Below are positions 10,028-20,461 of a stretch of 64,000 nt of DNA, one piece after another. The translations under genes were made by a program, and so were the position numbers. Numbering within the stretch: the stretch's first letter is position 1; each line of letters begins with the position of its first letter. Source of the stretch: an uncultured Spirochaetota bacterium (lineage in GTDB: Bacteria; Spirochaetota; Brevinematia; Brevinematales; JAOACQ01); assembly GCA_963768055.1 (NCBI GenBank), contig CAVYGN010000001.1, positions 256,001-320,000 of the forward strand. The letters are read 5' to 3'. Below the pieces are notes generated by a model. It did not search any database, had not been told where the DNA came from, and worked only from the letters and a program-made list of their open reading frames with translations.

Positions 10028-10064
10028 AAGTCCCCGTCTGTTTAAAAGGGCGGGGATTTTTTTT
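10028..10064 (+). terminator. Rho-independent terminator
   Basis: AAGTCCCCGTCT-loop-AGGGCGGGGATT stem followed by a T-run. Confidence 0.8.
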
Positions 10065-10086
10065 GATCGGTCCCGCAGGAGGCTTA

Positions 10087-11793
10087 ATGCACAAAGGTGG
10101 CGAATCCGCAGTCAACAGGCTGATAGATAAAGCTGTTCCATATGCCGCAGTCTCTCTGCTGGCGTTTCTCGCATGTATCACCCTTGCGCTTCGCGGCGGG
10201 TGGCCGTATAACCACGACGGAAATTCTGTTTTTGTCATGGGGCATGTATTCGGGGATCTGGTAACCCGTTATCATGAATTCTTCCCGGCCTGGACCGCTT
10301 ATGGAAACTATGGGCTGGGATCTCCAATGCCGTTTTTTTACCACCACCTGTATTACTACCTTATTACATTCCTCAATCTTTTTTTTAACGACATTCTCAT
10401 ATCGGTTAAATTTTCGATATTTCTGCTGCTGTCGCTTGGGGGCACGGCTGTTTATCTGACTATTTCCAAGCTTTTCCGGGACCGGTTCTACGGGATAATC
10501 GGAGCCGGGCTTTTCATCTTTTCGACCTATATCTATACTCAATGGCTTATAAGGGGCGCCTTTTCGGAATTTCTGGCGTCAATCATTTTCCTCTGGCTTC
10601 TTTATATATTATTAAGAATAAGTTTTAACTTCAGCGCGGCCAATTTTTTAACGGCAGGTTTCCTTTTTGCCCTTTTGCTTTATGCTCATTCGCTGATATT
10701 CATGTTCTCCCTGTTCGCCTTCGTAATATTTTTAATTGTAAATTTGCCTGAATGGATAAAAAACCCGGTAAAACCCCTATTTTCCTCCCTTTTCCCAATC
10801 ATTTTAGGCCTGCCTTTTGTCATGGCGTATTTCGCTGTCAGGGATTTGTTCGACCTTGATTACACAATAAGGGCTTTTCAGGTCAAAGATAATTTTATAG
10901 AAATTTACAGGTACTTTTTCGATAACCATTACAATATGGGAGAAGCATGGCAGGATTATTCTGTTGAGATCGGACGATTTTTTATACTTCCCCTTATCAT
11001 AATGATCTCCGTTATCCTGATACGGAAAAGAAGCTTACTGCCCGGAGGCCCCGGGTTCACGGACAGCCGGTTAAGAAAATATATTGTTTTTATTATTGCA
11101 GCCTTTGCTTTTTACCTGATTTTACAGTTTCCTTTCACCCTTCCCTTTTACAACGGCTTTATTTTCCTGAAATATGTCCAGTTCCCATGGCGTTTATTAT
11201 GTCTCATCACTCCGCTATCGATAATTATATTCATATATTACTCCAATGCTCTCATACCGCTTTTCACCAGGCCTGACGGAGTAAAAATAGTTAAAATCGG
11301 GCTTGCGGCAGTGCTCTTTATCCAGGTTATCTGGGTAGGCGGGAACTTCGAATTTTACAAATATAAGTCTTTTACCCGCGAGGAACTCCAGAATAATATG
11401 GCTGTTATAAACCTGAAGAATTACTGCAACAGGGACGAATACTTTCCTAAGGGATTCAAGAAGAAGGAAGTATCCTCGACCCTTGAGAACAAGGGCCTTT
11501 CCATAATATCTTCAAGCGACCCGGACCTTTTATATTCTATAAGGGAATTCGACACTATACACATTTCGCTTGCGCCCGGAGGGGGCGGCGAGCTGGTATT
11601 TAACCAGCTTAGAAGCCCTTTTATCACTTTAAAGTTTTCCTCGAATATAAACGTGTCGACGGGTGAATATCAGGAAACTGTCTTTCATCAGGTAAACGAC
11701 GGCAGGACCGCTTCTATCGATATTTCAAAAAAGGATATTTTCGGACTTGACGGATGCTTCTTTAAAAAGAGCCTCGGGGAGCCTTCAAAATGA
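10087..11793 (+). CDS. GT-C fold membrane glycosyltransferase (PTPS-related/YfhO-like family)
   Basis: HD in first loop, P.W....NYGLGSPMPFFY, RGAFSE, QFPWRLL; many TMs; start after AGGAGG RBS. Confidence 0.7.
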   Translation: MHKGGESAVNRLIDKAVPYAAVSLLAFLACITLALRGGWPYNHDGNSVFVMGHVFGDLVTRYHEFFPAWTAYGNYGLGSPMPFFYHHLYYYLITFLNLFFNDILISVKFSIFLLLSLGGTAVYLTISKLFRDRFYGIIGAGLFIFSTYIYTQWLIRGAFSEFLASIIFLWLLYILLRISFNFSAANFLTAGFLFALLLYAHSLIFMFSLFAFVIFLIVNLPEWIKNPVKPLFSSLFPIILGLPFVMAYFAVRDLFDLDYTIRAFQVKDNFIEIYRYFFDNHYNMGEAWQDYSVEIGRFFILPLIIMISVILIRKRSLLPGGPGFTDSRLRKYIVFIIAAFAFYLILQFPFTLPFYNGFIFLKYVQFPWRLLCLITPLSIIIFIYYSNALIPLFTRPDGVKIVKIGLAAVLFIQVIWVGGNFEFYKYKSFTREELQNNMAVINLKNYCNRDEYFPKGFKKKEVSSTLENKGLSIISSSDPDLLYSIREFDTIHISLAPGGGGELVFNQLRSPFITLKFSSNINVSTGEYQETVFHQVNDGRTASIDISKKDIFGLDGCFFKKSLGEPSK

Positions 11794-13277
11794 AATTAAA
11801 TCGGAACTTTGTTCTCCTTTCTTTTCTGATCATCGCGGTTATCGCGACAAGGTCCTATACGTTATTCAATAATTATATGCTCCTTGACGACCTTAACCAA
11901 TTCCTGGAAGCTAAAAAATTGTATTCCACCCTTACTCTTCCTGTAACAGGCCCTTCTCTTTCAGGCAGTTCCGCCTTGATACCCGGCGGAGGATATTACC
12001 TTCTGCTTGCTATCCCGGGCTTGTTATTTAACAAGCCGGTATTGTTTTCTTTTTACACCGGAATACTTATGCTTTCCGCTTGCGCACTGTTTCTGTTCAG
12101 CGTCCGGAAGCATTACGGGAATTCCGCAGCGCTTGTCGTCGCATCGCTCCTGCTGTTCAGCCCCAGGATGTTTACGATGGAATCGAGCTTATGGAACCCG
12201 CATTACGCCGTCATTCTCAGCCTTATTATGGCTTCCATCCTTATCGAGATTTTTTCAGGGAAAGATCATCCGATCCTCCTGTTTCTATTGCTTCCTTTAA
12301 GCGCGCTCATGTCGCAGGTGCATTTGACCGCGTTTTTTTATCTGCCGGAGATCCTTGCCGTGTATTTTTTGTTTTTTTACAGGGGAAGGAACAGGGGTTA
12401 CTTCTGGCTTGGAATTATCGGAGCGGTCCTACTGTATCTTCCATATCTCGGCAGCGAGATTTCAAACGGTTTCTCCAATACAAGGGCGGTACTTGCGGCG
12501 AAGGGAGACATGAAGATATCAATACCTATACTTACATATCTCATCCTTTTTCCGAGCCTTGATGTAATGGCAAGCGGCGTAATTCCGGTGGGAATGGCCA
12601 TCCTGATGAAAGTCCCATGGTTTTTAATAGTCTTCAGCCTTCCGGTCTATTTTTTAAGCCTTGTTTTTTCCGCATCCTCATACGTCTTTTTTGCCGGAGG
12701 ACTTTATAAAATCGTTTTCAGGAAAGATATTGTTAAATTTACAGGGGAAATCTCTCAGATCGATAGAAACCTGCTGATATTTTTTACACTTGTTGCGGTG
12801 GGGTTGTCAGCCAGTTTTTTAATATTCGGAATTCCGTCCCATCCGATCCACTATTATTATCCCATATACGCTTTTTCATTTTTCCCTGTAATGCTTCTTT
12901 TAAGGCGGCTAAGCGATTTCAGGGTCTTTAACCGTGTATTGGCTCCGGTTGCAGCCGTTATTTTCATAATCGCCGGATCCGAACTGGGCGTATATGATTT
13001 TTTTCACGGGATAAGGCCGTACAGCATGTCAAGGCAGCCCGGCTATGTGATCGCGCTCCTTAAAGACGCCGGAGGAAGAAATTTTTCGATAAAAACGGAG
13101 TATCAAACGCATTTTTATGAACTGGTCGCCACTGAACTGCTCCATGAAAAATGGAATTTTAAAGAAAACGCAGATTTAAAATATATTCTGGATAAAAAGG
13201 AAAACATGACCAACACGGGACAGGCCGTATTGCTGTACGGGGACGATAGAATGGGCTTATACAGACTGAAGGAGTAG
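11790..13277 (+). CDS. ArnT/PMT-like GT-C membrane glycosyltransferase
   Basis: DD in first loop, PVTGP..S......GGGYYLL, LFSP, WNP, Q.H; multi-TM; ATGA overlap. Confidence 0.7.
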   Translation: MKLNRNFVLLSFLIIAVIATRSYTLFNNYMLLDDLNQFLEAKKLYSTLTLPVTGPSLSGSSALIPGGGYYLLLAIPGLLFNKPVLFSFYTGILMLSACALFLFSVRKHYGNSAALVVASLLLFSPRMFTMESSLWNPHYAVILSLIMASILIEIFSGKDHPILLFLLLPLSALMSQVHLTAFFYLPEILAVYFLFFYRGRNRGYFWLGIIGAVLLYLPYLGSEISNGFSNTRAVLAAKGDMKISIPILTYLILFPSLDVMASGVIPVGMAILMKVPWFLIVFSLPVYFLSLVFSASSYVFFAGGLYKIVFRKDIVKFTGEISQIDRNLLIFFTLVAVGLSASFLIFGIPSHPIHYYYPIYAFSFFPVMLLLRRLSDFRVFNRVLAPVAAVIFIIAGSELGVYDFFHGIRPYSMSRQPGYVIALLKDAGGRNFSIKTEYQTHFYELVATELLHEKWNFKENADLKYILDKKENMTNTGQAVLLYGDDRMGLYRLKE

Positions 13278-13280
13278 GAT

Positions 13281-14678
13281 ATGGCTGATTCTGAAAATAA
13301 ATCGGCGCTTAAGAAAGGGTTAAACGCAGATAACCTTTTTCTTGTTTTTGCCGCGGCTGCCGTTGTCCTGCTGTACTTCGCTCTCCACCTTAAATTCATG
13401 AGGGAAGACGCCGACGACGCCTGGACCCTTTCTTTCTTCTACAATATTTTCGTAAGGCATATAAGCCCCGAATCGACTTTCGGGAGCGGGCTTGCCAATC
13501 CTCATGTGTTCGGAATGGCGCAGGCTTTTATTTATTCAACTGTTTTCGGTATTTTCGGCTGGACCAAGGATTGCGCCCACTGGATCTCGACGTTTTTCAT
13601 CGCGGCTTCTGCGTCCCTGTGGTATTTTGCTTTAAGAAAATTAAATTTCAGCATGAAGAGCTCGCTTTTATTCGCACTTCTGGTCCTCTGGTGCGAGCCC
13701 TTTTTCAGGGAAGCGAACATAGCCCGGCCGGAAAGCCTTACATTCTTTTTTATATCCCTGTCCTTCGTATTTTTTTTATACGGGAACCCTTTTTTTTCGG
13801 GTTTGTCCGCGATGGCCGCTTTCGAAACCCATCCTATGGGGTTATTTTCAATTTTATTTATAGCGGCTTACATTTTAAGCAAGCTAAAGCGCAATGACTT
13901 CCAGGGGAAGAGATTTTATACTGCAGGTTTATTCGGCTGCGGGATTGCCGCCGGTGTAATTTACTACCTTGCCCTCCATTTTAATTACCTGGGGGCGATC
14001 GGAGATTCTATCCATGGCGCAGTAACCGGCCAGCACCATTCCGTCCTCTATGATTATTTTTTTATTTACAACCCGAGGCATCATTTTATTGAACTTGTGT
14101 TTTTCCTGGCATGCTTCGCTGTATTTTTGATAAGGAAAAAATGGCGGGAAAATTCTTTTGCGCTTTATATGGTAATTTTCGCTTTAATAGCCAATTTTAT
14201 CAATCCAAGGGAAAATTATCATTACACTCTGTATTTTTATATCCCTTTCCTGATGGCGGCTTTTGCCTGCCTTGAAGATACAAAATGGCGAAGGGCGGCC
14301 CCGGCCCTGCTCTTCTTCATGGTTTTGACCTATTACGCTTCCGTCTATTATCATAACGGCTCTTTTGATTTCAACGCAAAGATTAAAGACCTTAAAGCCT
14401 CAATACCAAGTGACGGCCGTCCTATCCTGGGAAGCTCCGATGAGTGGTTCGCTTTTATGGACCGGGATTTTTATCCATCCACTTACACCTGCCGGATAAA
14501 CAGTAACGCTGCGGAGATTTATAATATCGAAGACAACCAGTATAAATACAACGACACTGGAGAAGCATTCGCCGCATATAAGGCGTTTCTTGAAAAGAAC
14601 TATAAAAAATCAAGGGTAACCAGCTTCAATGTGAATAACGAGAGATTCGATATTTATTTATTAAAGAAACCCGGATAA
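13281..14678 (+). CDS. GT-C fold membrane glycosyltransferase
   Basis: DDAW first loop, ARPE, HP motifs, multi-TM; in operon with two other GT-C genes. Confidence 0.65.
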   Translation: MADSENKSALKKGLNADNLFLVFAAAAVVLLYFALHLKFMREDADDAWTLSFFYNIFVRHISPESTFGSGLANPHVFGMAQAFIYSTVFGIFGWTKDCAHWISTFFIAASASLWYFALRKLNFSMKSSLLFALLVLWCEPFFREANIARPESLTFFFISLSFVFFLYGNPFFSGLSAMAAFETHPMGLFSILFIAAYILSKLKRNDFQGKRFYTAGLFGCGIAAGVIYYLALHFNYLGAIGDSIHGAVTGQHHSVLYDYFFIYNPRHHFIELVFFLACFAVFLIRKKWRENSFALYMVIFALIANFINPRENYHYTLYFYIPFLMAAFACLEDTKWRRAAPALLFFMVLTYYASVYYHNGSFDFNAKIKDLKASIPSDGRPILGSSDEWFAFMDRDFYPSTYTCRINSNAAEIYNIEDNQYKYNDTGEAFAAYKAFLEKNYKKSRVTSFNVNNERFDIYLLKKPG

Positions 14679-14693
14679 ATTAACAATATAATA

Positions 14694-14722
14694 TTGACAT
14701 ATATTCCGCCTTTTCTTATAAT
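14694..14722 (+). promoter_or_regulatory. Perfect consensus sigma70 promoter
   Basis: TTGACA-17bp-TATAAT, 24 bp upstream of the ATG at 14746. Confidence 0.8.
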
Positions 14723-14745
14723 TTATCGGAAATTCGAGGCGGAAT

Positions 14746-15768
14746 ATGGACAACGATATATTATACAGGGAGAAATGGGTCAGGGGGACCCGATTTATCC
14801 CGGAAGAAGAATATAACTTGCGAGTGTGCAGGGATATGAAAAGTGCGGGTATAACAGGTCCCGCTATCATGATAGGAAACTGCATCCTTCCGGTAAAGGC
14901 CGAGCCCGAGCATGTCTTTATCATCGGGAAACCGGGAGTGGGTAAATCCGTTCTCATTTATTCCATAGTTGAGCAGCTGATCGAGGACGGCCGGAAGGCC
15001 GTAGTTTACGATTTCAAGGGCGATTTTCTTTCCAGATTTTATAATGAAAAATGCGACCTGATCTTTAACCCGCTGGATGAACGATCCGTCAAATGGAACA
15101 TCATCGATGAGATCGCCTGCGGGGGCCCCTCCGATGTTAAAATTTCAGCAGCCGCAAAAAGTCTGTGCCATTCGCTTATTCCCGAAAGCAGTGAGGCTGG
15201 AAATGAGAAATTCTTCCGGGACGGTGCCAGGGCGGTGCTTAAAAGCCTTATAGACTATCTTATGCTCTTTTGCAGGCCTTCGAACCGCAATAACGAGGGC
15301 CTCCTGGAACTCATCAGCTCTTCGGGAGAGGGCTTGATCGATAAGGTCATGACCGTCAATCCCATAGCAGCCAATTTTATTTCCAGCCCAGGTTCCAGCC
15401 AGGCCGCGGGCGTGCTCGCGGTCTTATCGCAATTTCTTGAATCGCTCTTCTGCATGAATTACCCGGAGGGAAATTTTACCGTAAAAAGATGGCTTTGCGA
15501 CGACAGGCCGGGGATACTTTATGTTACCGGTTTCGCGGACATCCGGGACACCCTGAGGCCGGTCCTGTCGCTTTTAATCGATACGATAGCGAGGAATTTA
15601 CTATCCCTGCCCGACGCTCTCGACCGCAGGCTTTATTTTATTCTTGACGAATTTCCGACACTGCAGAGGCTTAATTCGCTTGTTGAATTATTGACGCTTT
15701 CAAGGTCCAAGGGAGGTTCCGTATGGCTTGCAACCCAGGACCTTTCCCAGGTGGAAATGTTCATGTGA
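14746..15768 (+). pseudogene. TrwB/TraD-like type IV coupling ATPase, 5' part (interrupted)
   Basis: RG motif, H..IIGKPGVGKS Walker A, YDFKGDF, FNPLDERSVKWN, FILDEF Walker B, RSKGG..LATQD; GC drops abruptly after ~15757. Confidence 0.8.
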
Positions 15769-15937
15769 AACAAAATCGGAAACTAGAAATATTGAAATTA
15801 AATGAATTATAAAAGAGATAATTTTAAGAATAGAAAAAGAAAGGCTGAAACAGAGAAATATTCAGCAAAAAAATAAAAAAAGAAAGTATGAAACCGGCCA
15901 ACTGTCCAGTGAATACACTAAACCTGATCATGTAATA

Positions 15938-17200
15938 TCATTTTCTTGGACAAGTAATATTAAAACCAAGCCAATTCATGGTTTTTAATGTTCTATCATT
16001 ACAAATTGGAATATTTTCTCTATTTACCCAACCTAACAACTCTTTATATGATGATTGATTCATATGAGAAACTTTAGGTGATTTATTTATTGCATGTACT
16101 AATCTTAAACGAAAATCATCCTTACCAAAAAGTAAAGTACTAATTTTATTTTTTACATTGTTTTCCTTATTCATTACGAAAAACTTCTCTTGCGCATTTT
16201 TAACAAACCTTTCCATATGTTCTCTAAAAGCATTAATGATAAGTAAAGTATCAAATAATTTCTCATAAGTTAATTGGGCAATTGTTTCCTTATTTTTAAA
16301 ATTTGAACTTATCTTATTAAAGTTGTTAACTTCCCAAATTTTTCTATTATAATCCGAATTAATAAATTCCCGCATAAGAGGAGGAATAATTTCTCGAACA
16401 TTTTTTATATGAAGTACCCTTGGGTCAAAATCTTTATCTTGAGAGTATTTTTTTTCTTTTACCCAACTTATAAATTGGTCAATTTCAAGTCTTAATGGGA
16501 GTTCATTTTCTTTAAATAAACGCAAATTCGTATCTTTATAAATTTCTTCAAGTATTTCGTGTTGTTTTAAAAAAGAATCATATTCTTTAGAAAAGTACTT
16601 TTCAACTTCTGGACTAAAATAGTTAGTGATTTCTGCCTTTTTAAGGCTATCAGAATATTCTTTCTGTGGGATATAATCATTTATTTCAATGTCAAATTCA
16701 TTTTCTATATTTTTTATTTTTTCATTATATTCATTTATAATTCTTATATATTCATCTAAAATTTCTGTGTTTAATGGTATCGCTTCATCCCAATATGAAT
16801 TAAAAAGATTTTTCAATTTATCAAATCTTTTATCATTTCTATCAATACTTATGTTTATTTCCTGGTTATATAATGTTCCACCTTTTGTGAGATTAGAAGA
16901 GCCAATAATTATTTTATCTTGAAATACATATAACTTAGGATGGAAATTTTTACCAGTGTAATACCTAATTTCAAGACCTGGTTTGTTTATTATTTCTCTT
17001 AAATTTATAGGATTTGTTCCTGGAGCTAATCTTATAATAAGTCTAATACGGCATTGATTTTTTAGAAGCTCATTAACTAAATCAGAAGAAGAAAAAAATG
17101 CTACAGCTATATCAACATTATAATCTTTATGATTATAAAACTCATGACGAAAGCAATCGTTCTTTGTTTTAGAATTAGTATATAATTCAAAATTTACCAT
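15938..17200 (-). CDS. Phospholipase D-family (BfiI/NgoFVII-like) nuclease
   Basis: DIAVAFF, FHPKLYVF..KIIIGSSNLT.GG..N.E; very AT-rich. Confidence 0.75.
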   Translation of the reverse strand: MVNFELYTNSKTKNDCFRHEFYNHKDYNVDIAVAFFSSSDLVNELLKNQCRIRLIIRLAPGTNPINLREIINKPGLEIRYYTGKNFHPKLYVFQDKIIIGSSNLTKGGTLYNQEINISIDRNDKRFDKLKNLFNSYWDEAIPLNTEILDEYIRIINEYNEKIKNIENEFDIEINDYIPQKEYSDSLKKAEITNYFSPEVEKYFSKEYDSFLKQHEILEEIYKDTNLRLFKENELPLRLEIDQFISWVKEKKYSQDKDFDPRVLHIKNVREIIPPLMREFINSDYNRKIWEVNNFNKISSNFKNKETIAQLTYEKLFDTLLIINAFREHMERFVKNAQEKFFVMNKENNVKNKISTLLFGKDDFRLRLVHAINKSPKVSHMNQSSYKELLGWVNRENIPICNDRTLKTMNWLGFNITCPRK

Positions 17201-17384
17201 TTGACACCTTGTTTAGGTTTATTTTTTTCATCACATCAATAGCTGTATTAATGAAAAGGACTTTTGCATCCCTATAGGGGCTGAATTTAAGGAAATCTTT
17301 CATTGCAATCCGATAATCTTTCTCAATTTTGGCAGCTTCTTTATCACCTGAATTTTTGTAAGTAAGCGAAAGGAAAATAGACAT
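17187..17384 (-). CDS. Small hypothetical protein (65 aa)
   Basis: AAGAGG RBS; overlaps the start of the PLD gene. Confidence 0.45.
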   Translation of the reverse strand: MSIFLSLTYKNSGDKEAAKIEKDYRIAMKDFLKFSPYRDAKVLFINTAIDVMKKINLNKVSNGKF

Positions 17385-17496
17385 AATGACCTCTTTTTAA
17401 TAATTTTAATTTATTTCTGCCAAAATGTAAATGGAAAGAAGATTGCAAATAATTGCTAGAAATTTTAAAATTTATTTGATATAAGGAACAAAAAAG

Positions 17497-18462
17497 ATGA
17501 GAAGGCTATATTCGGAAAGAATTGAGTTAATTCAAAAATCTCAAGAAGCCGCTTTATCAGCTGTCCAAATTTTTAATAATCCGAACACTTCATTTAAAAC
17601 AGAATCTTTTATAGTCCTTTTTATAATTGCCTGGGTTTATCTTTTACATGCTTATTATCGATTAAAAAATGTTGATTATCGTTATTATGATATTGTAAAC
17701 GGTCGAAAGAAATATAAATATTTAAATGGTGAAAAAAGATATTGGGAGCTAACAGAATGTATTACTGTAAAAGATTGCCCGCTTGATAAAAATACTGTTA
17801 ATAATCTAAAGTTTCTCATTGAACTTAGAAATAAAATTGAGCATAAAAAAGCTATCGGATTAGATTCTTTTTTATCCGCACGATATCAAGCATGCGCTTT
17901 AAATTATAACTATTATATTAAACTTTTACATGGAGAAAAATATTCTCTTGATAAAAAATTAGCTTTAAGTATACAATTTGCAGAATTAGATTATTCTCAA
18001 GCCACAATTATAAAAGATAAGGAGCAATTAATTCCTAAAAATATTCAAAGTTATATTGCAGGTTTTGATCAAAATCTCACTGATGAAGAATTTAATAGTG
18101 AAAGATTTTCATATCGACTACAGTTTAAAAAAGTAACAGCTAAAAGAAGTGGTCAGGCGGATCGGGTAATAGAATTCTTATCCCCTAATGATCCTTTAGC
18201 AAAAGAAATCCCAAGCGAAAAATGGTTAAATATAGATAGGGAAAAACCAAAATTTTCTCCTACACAGGTATGTGAAAAAATACAAAATCAAGGATTTAAA
18301 TCATTTGACATTAGGCAACATACTAAGTTTTGGCAAAATTGTGACGGAAAAAATCCGGAAAAGGGATTTGGAGTTATTGTAATTAAAACTTGGTGTTGGT
18401 ATCAGAATTGGATTGATTTTATCATAAGTGAATTAACTAAAGAAGCTGAGAATAAAATTTAA
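17497..18462 (+). CDS. DUF3644-family HEPN-like protein
   Basis: KSQEAALSAVQIFNNP..FKTESFIVL..IAW; Rx4H motif LRNKIEH; YQACALNY. Confidence 0.75.
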   Translation: MRRLYSERIELIQKSQEAALSAVQIFNNPNTSFKTESFIVLFIIAWVYLLHAYYRLKNVDYRYYDIVNGRKKYKYLNGEKRYWELTECITVKDCPLDKNTVNNLKFLIELRNKIEHKKAIGLDSFLSARYQACALNYNYYIKLLHGEKYSLDKKLALSIQFAELDYSQATIIKDKEQLIPKNIQSYIAGFDQNLTDEEFNSERFSYRLQFKKVTAKRSGQADRVIEFLSPNDPLAKEIPSEKWLNIDREKPKFSPTQVCEKIQNQGFKSFDIRQHTKFWQNCDGKNPEKGFGVIVIKTWCWYQNWIDFIISELTKEAENKI

Positions 18463-18719
18463 TTGTTTGATATTTATATATTGCTGTTTAATTATTCAGT
18501 TAGTGTATACTCTAACTAGACTAATATCTCCCCAATTATAATTCTAATTGATTTACAAAAAGAGTCTAGTTGAAGTATTTGAAATAATATTATTTAATGG
18601 TTACAGTTTACATGAAAGAAAGAGTGTTGAAAATATGTAATTGAGTCATTTTATCTTTAATTCTATAATATTTTTAAGGATGATATATAATTATGGTTAA
18701 AAATATGTATCGATTCAGA

Positions 18720-18836
18720 TGTCCGGGGCCACCCAGATTCCCCAGTAAAAAGGCAAAATAGGGCCATGAGATTCCCCAGGGTCAGGGCCACCACATTCCC
18801 CACTTTTTAGCATCCAGGGCCATGAGATTCCCCACC
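18720..18836 (+). repeat. IS21 left-end subterminal repeats
   Basis: Four GGGCCAnnAnATTCCCCA units; two related inverted copies at 21259-21308. Confidence 0.85.
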
Positions 18837-18901
18837 CACCTTTTCCTGTTCAGAATCTAAAAAATCAAACATACTCTCCGGAAAAAACCGGAGGGGAATG
18901 G

Positions 18902-20443
18902 ATGGGGTACAGATTTATGAACGAACAGGATTACTATGACATTTACAGACGATGGAAAGCCGATCAAAGCATAAGTGAAATTTCCGAACAGGAAAACAGG
19001 GATAGGAAAACAGTCCGACTAGCGATTCAAAAAATTATCGATTACGGCTTTGAAAAGGCGGGAGAAACAATAAGCCGGGAAGAATTCCATCTGAAACGCC
19101 CCTTTGTAGGGCCTCCAAAAAATGAAAATAAGGCAAGCATACTTGAACGATATAAAGATGAGCTGTACGGGCTCATAAATGACCCGAAAAACGGAATGAA
19201 ACCCAAGACAGCCTTTGAAGTTGTCTGTATAAGGCATAATCTGGACATAAGCTATACAAGTTTCAAGAGATTCTCGATAAAGAGCGGCCTTACAGCTAAA
19301 GAATTAAAGGAAACCATCCGGATTGAAACTAACCCTGGTCAGGAGATCCAGCTTGACTACGGCAGGGCCGGCACAATGGAATACCTGGGGCACAACAAGA
19401 TCGTGCAGTCTTTTATCGGAATAATGTCGAGTTCAAGGCTGCCATTTGTTCAATATGTCTATTCACAAAACCAGGAATCATTCGTTGAAAGCAATGTGGA
19501 TATGCTGGAGTTTTACGGCGGTGTGCCTGTAAGAATATCCCTGGACAATCTGAAAACCGGCATCATATCACCGGACCTTTACGATCCTAAATATAATCAG
19601 GCATATGCTGATTATGCGGAGTATTACAATACTTTTCTTGATCCTTGCAGGGTAAGGAAACCAAAGGATAAAGCCAAGATAGAGAGAATGGTCCCTGTTG
19701 CCAGAGAGCTTTTCAGAAAACTTAAAGCCCTTAATCCCGGAGCCTCGTTAAAGGAATTAAACATCAAAGCTCTGGAATGGTGCAGGTATGAATACGGGAT
19801 GAGGAACCATGGAACAACAGGTTTGAAACCAATAGAGGTATTTGAAACGATAGAGAAGCCCCTGCTTAAGAAGCTTCCTGAAGAAAGGTTTAAGACTCCC
19901 GTATGGAAAAAGGCCAAGGTACACCCGGACCAATTTGTCCAGTTCGAGAAAAAGAGGTATTCCCTGCCTCCCAGGTATCGTGGAGAGGAAGTCTTTGTCA
20001 GGAGAACCGGCAATTTAGTGAAGATCTTCTTCCAGTACAAACTTATCCGGGAATTTGTCGTACCAAGAGGACATGCAGCATATGAAAAGACTGATTTTCC
20101 GGAGAATACAAGGGAGATGCTATCCGGGGGATACCCCAAGTATTTATTAGACCAGTCGAGGAAATACGGAGAAGCCGCATACCAGTTGATCTTTCAAATC
20201 CTTGCTGTTCATGCTAATCTGAATTGCCGGAGGGCCCTGGGGTTCTTAAGTGTAATGGAAACATTCTCGAAAGAAGAATACTTTAATAAAGTCTGTGAAA
20301 GAGCAATATCGGCAAAAATAACCGATCCCAAACTATTCAAAAGCTGGATGGAAAATGAAGGAAAGGATAAATAGGACACCCTGTTTGAAATTTCAGAAGA
20401 AGGGTCTGAAATGACCAGGGACGGCAGCTATTACTTTCAATAG
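18902..20443 (+). CDS. istA: IS21 transposase IstA, with an in-frame TAG at 20372-20374 removing the last 22 aa
   Basis: ETNPGQEIQLDYG, GGVP..I..DNLKTG, P..KAKIER DDE core; frame continues after TAG to ...MTRDGSYYFQ*. Confidence 0.9.
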
Positions 20444-20461
20444 AGATAATGAGGAGGAAAT

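Noticed and set aside
18720..18836. Regularly recurring ~18-bp repeats resembling a mini CRISPR array or iterons
   Set aside because: Irregular short spacing, mirrored at the IS right end, no cas genes; these are IS21 subterminal repeats.
20372..20374. Amber read-through or pyrrolysine recoding in istA
   Set aside because: Many genes here end in TAG normally and no pyl genes are visible; a nonsense mutation is simpler.
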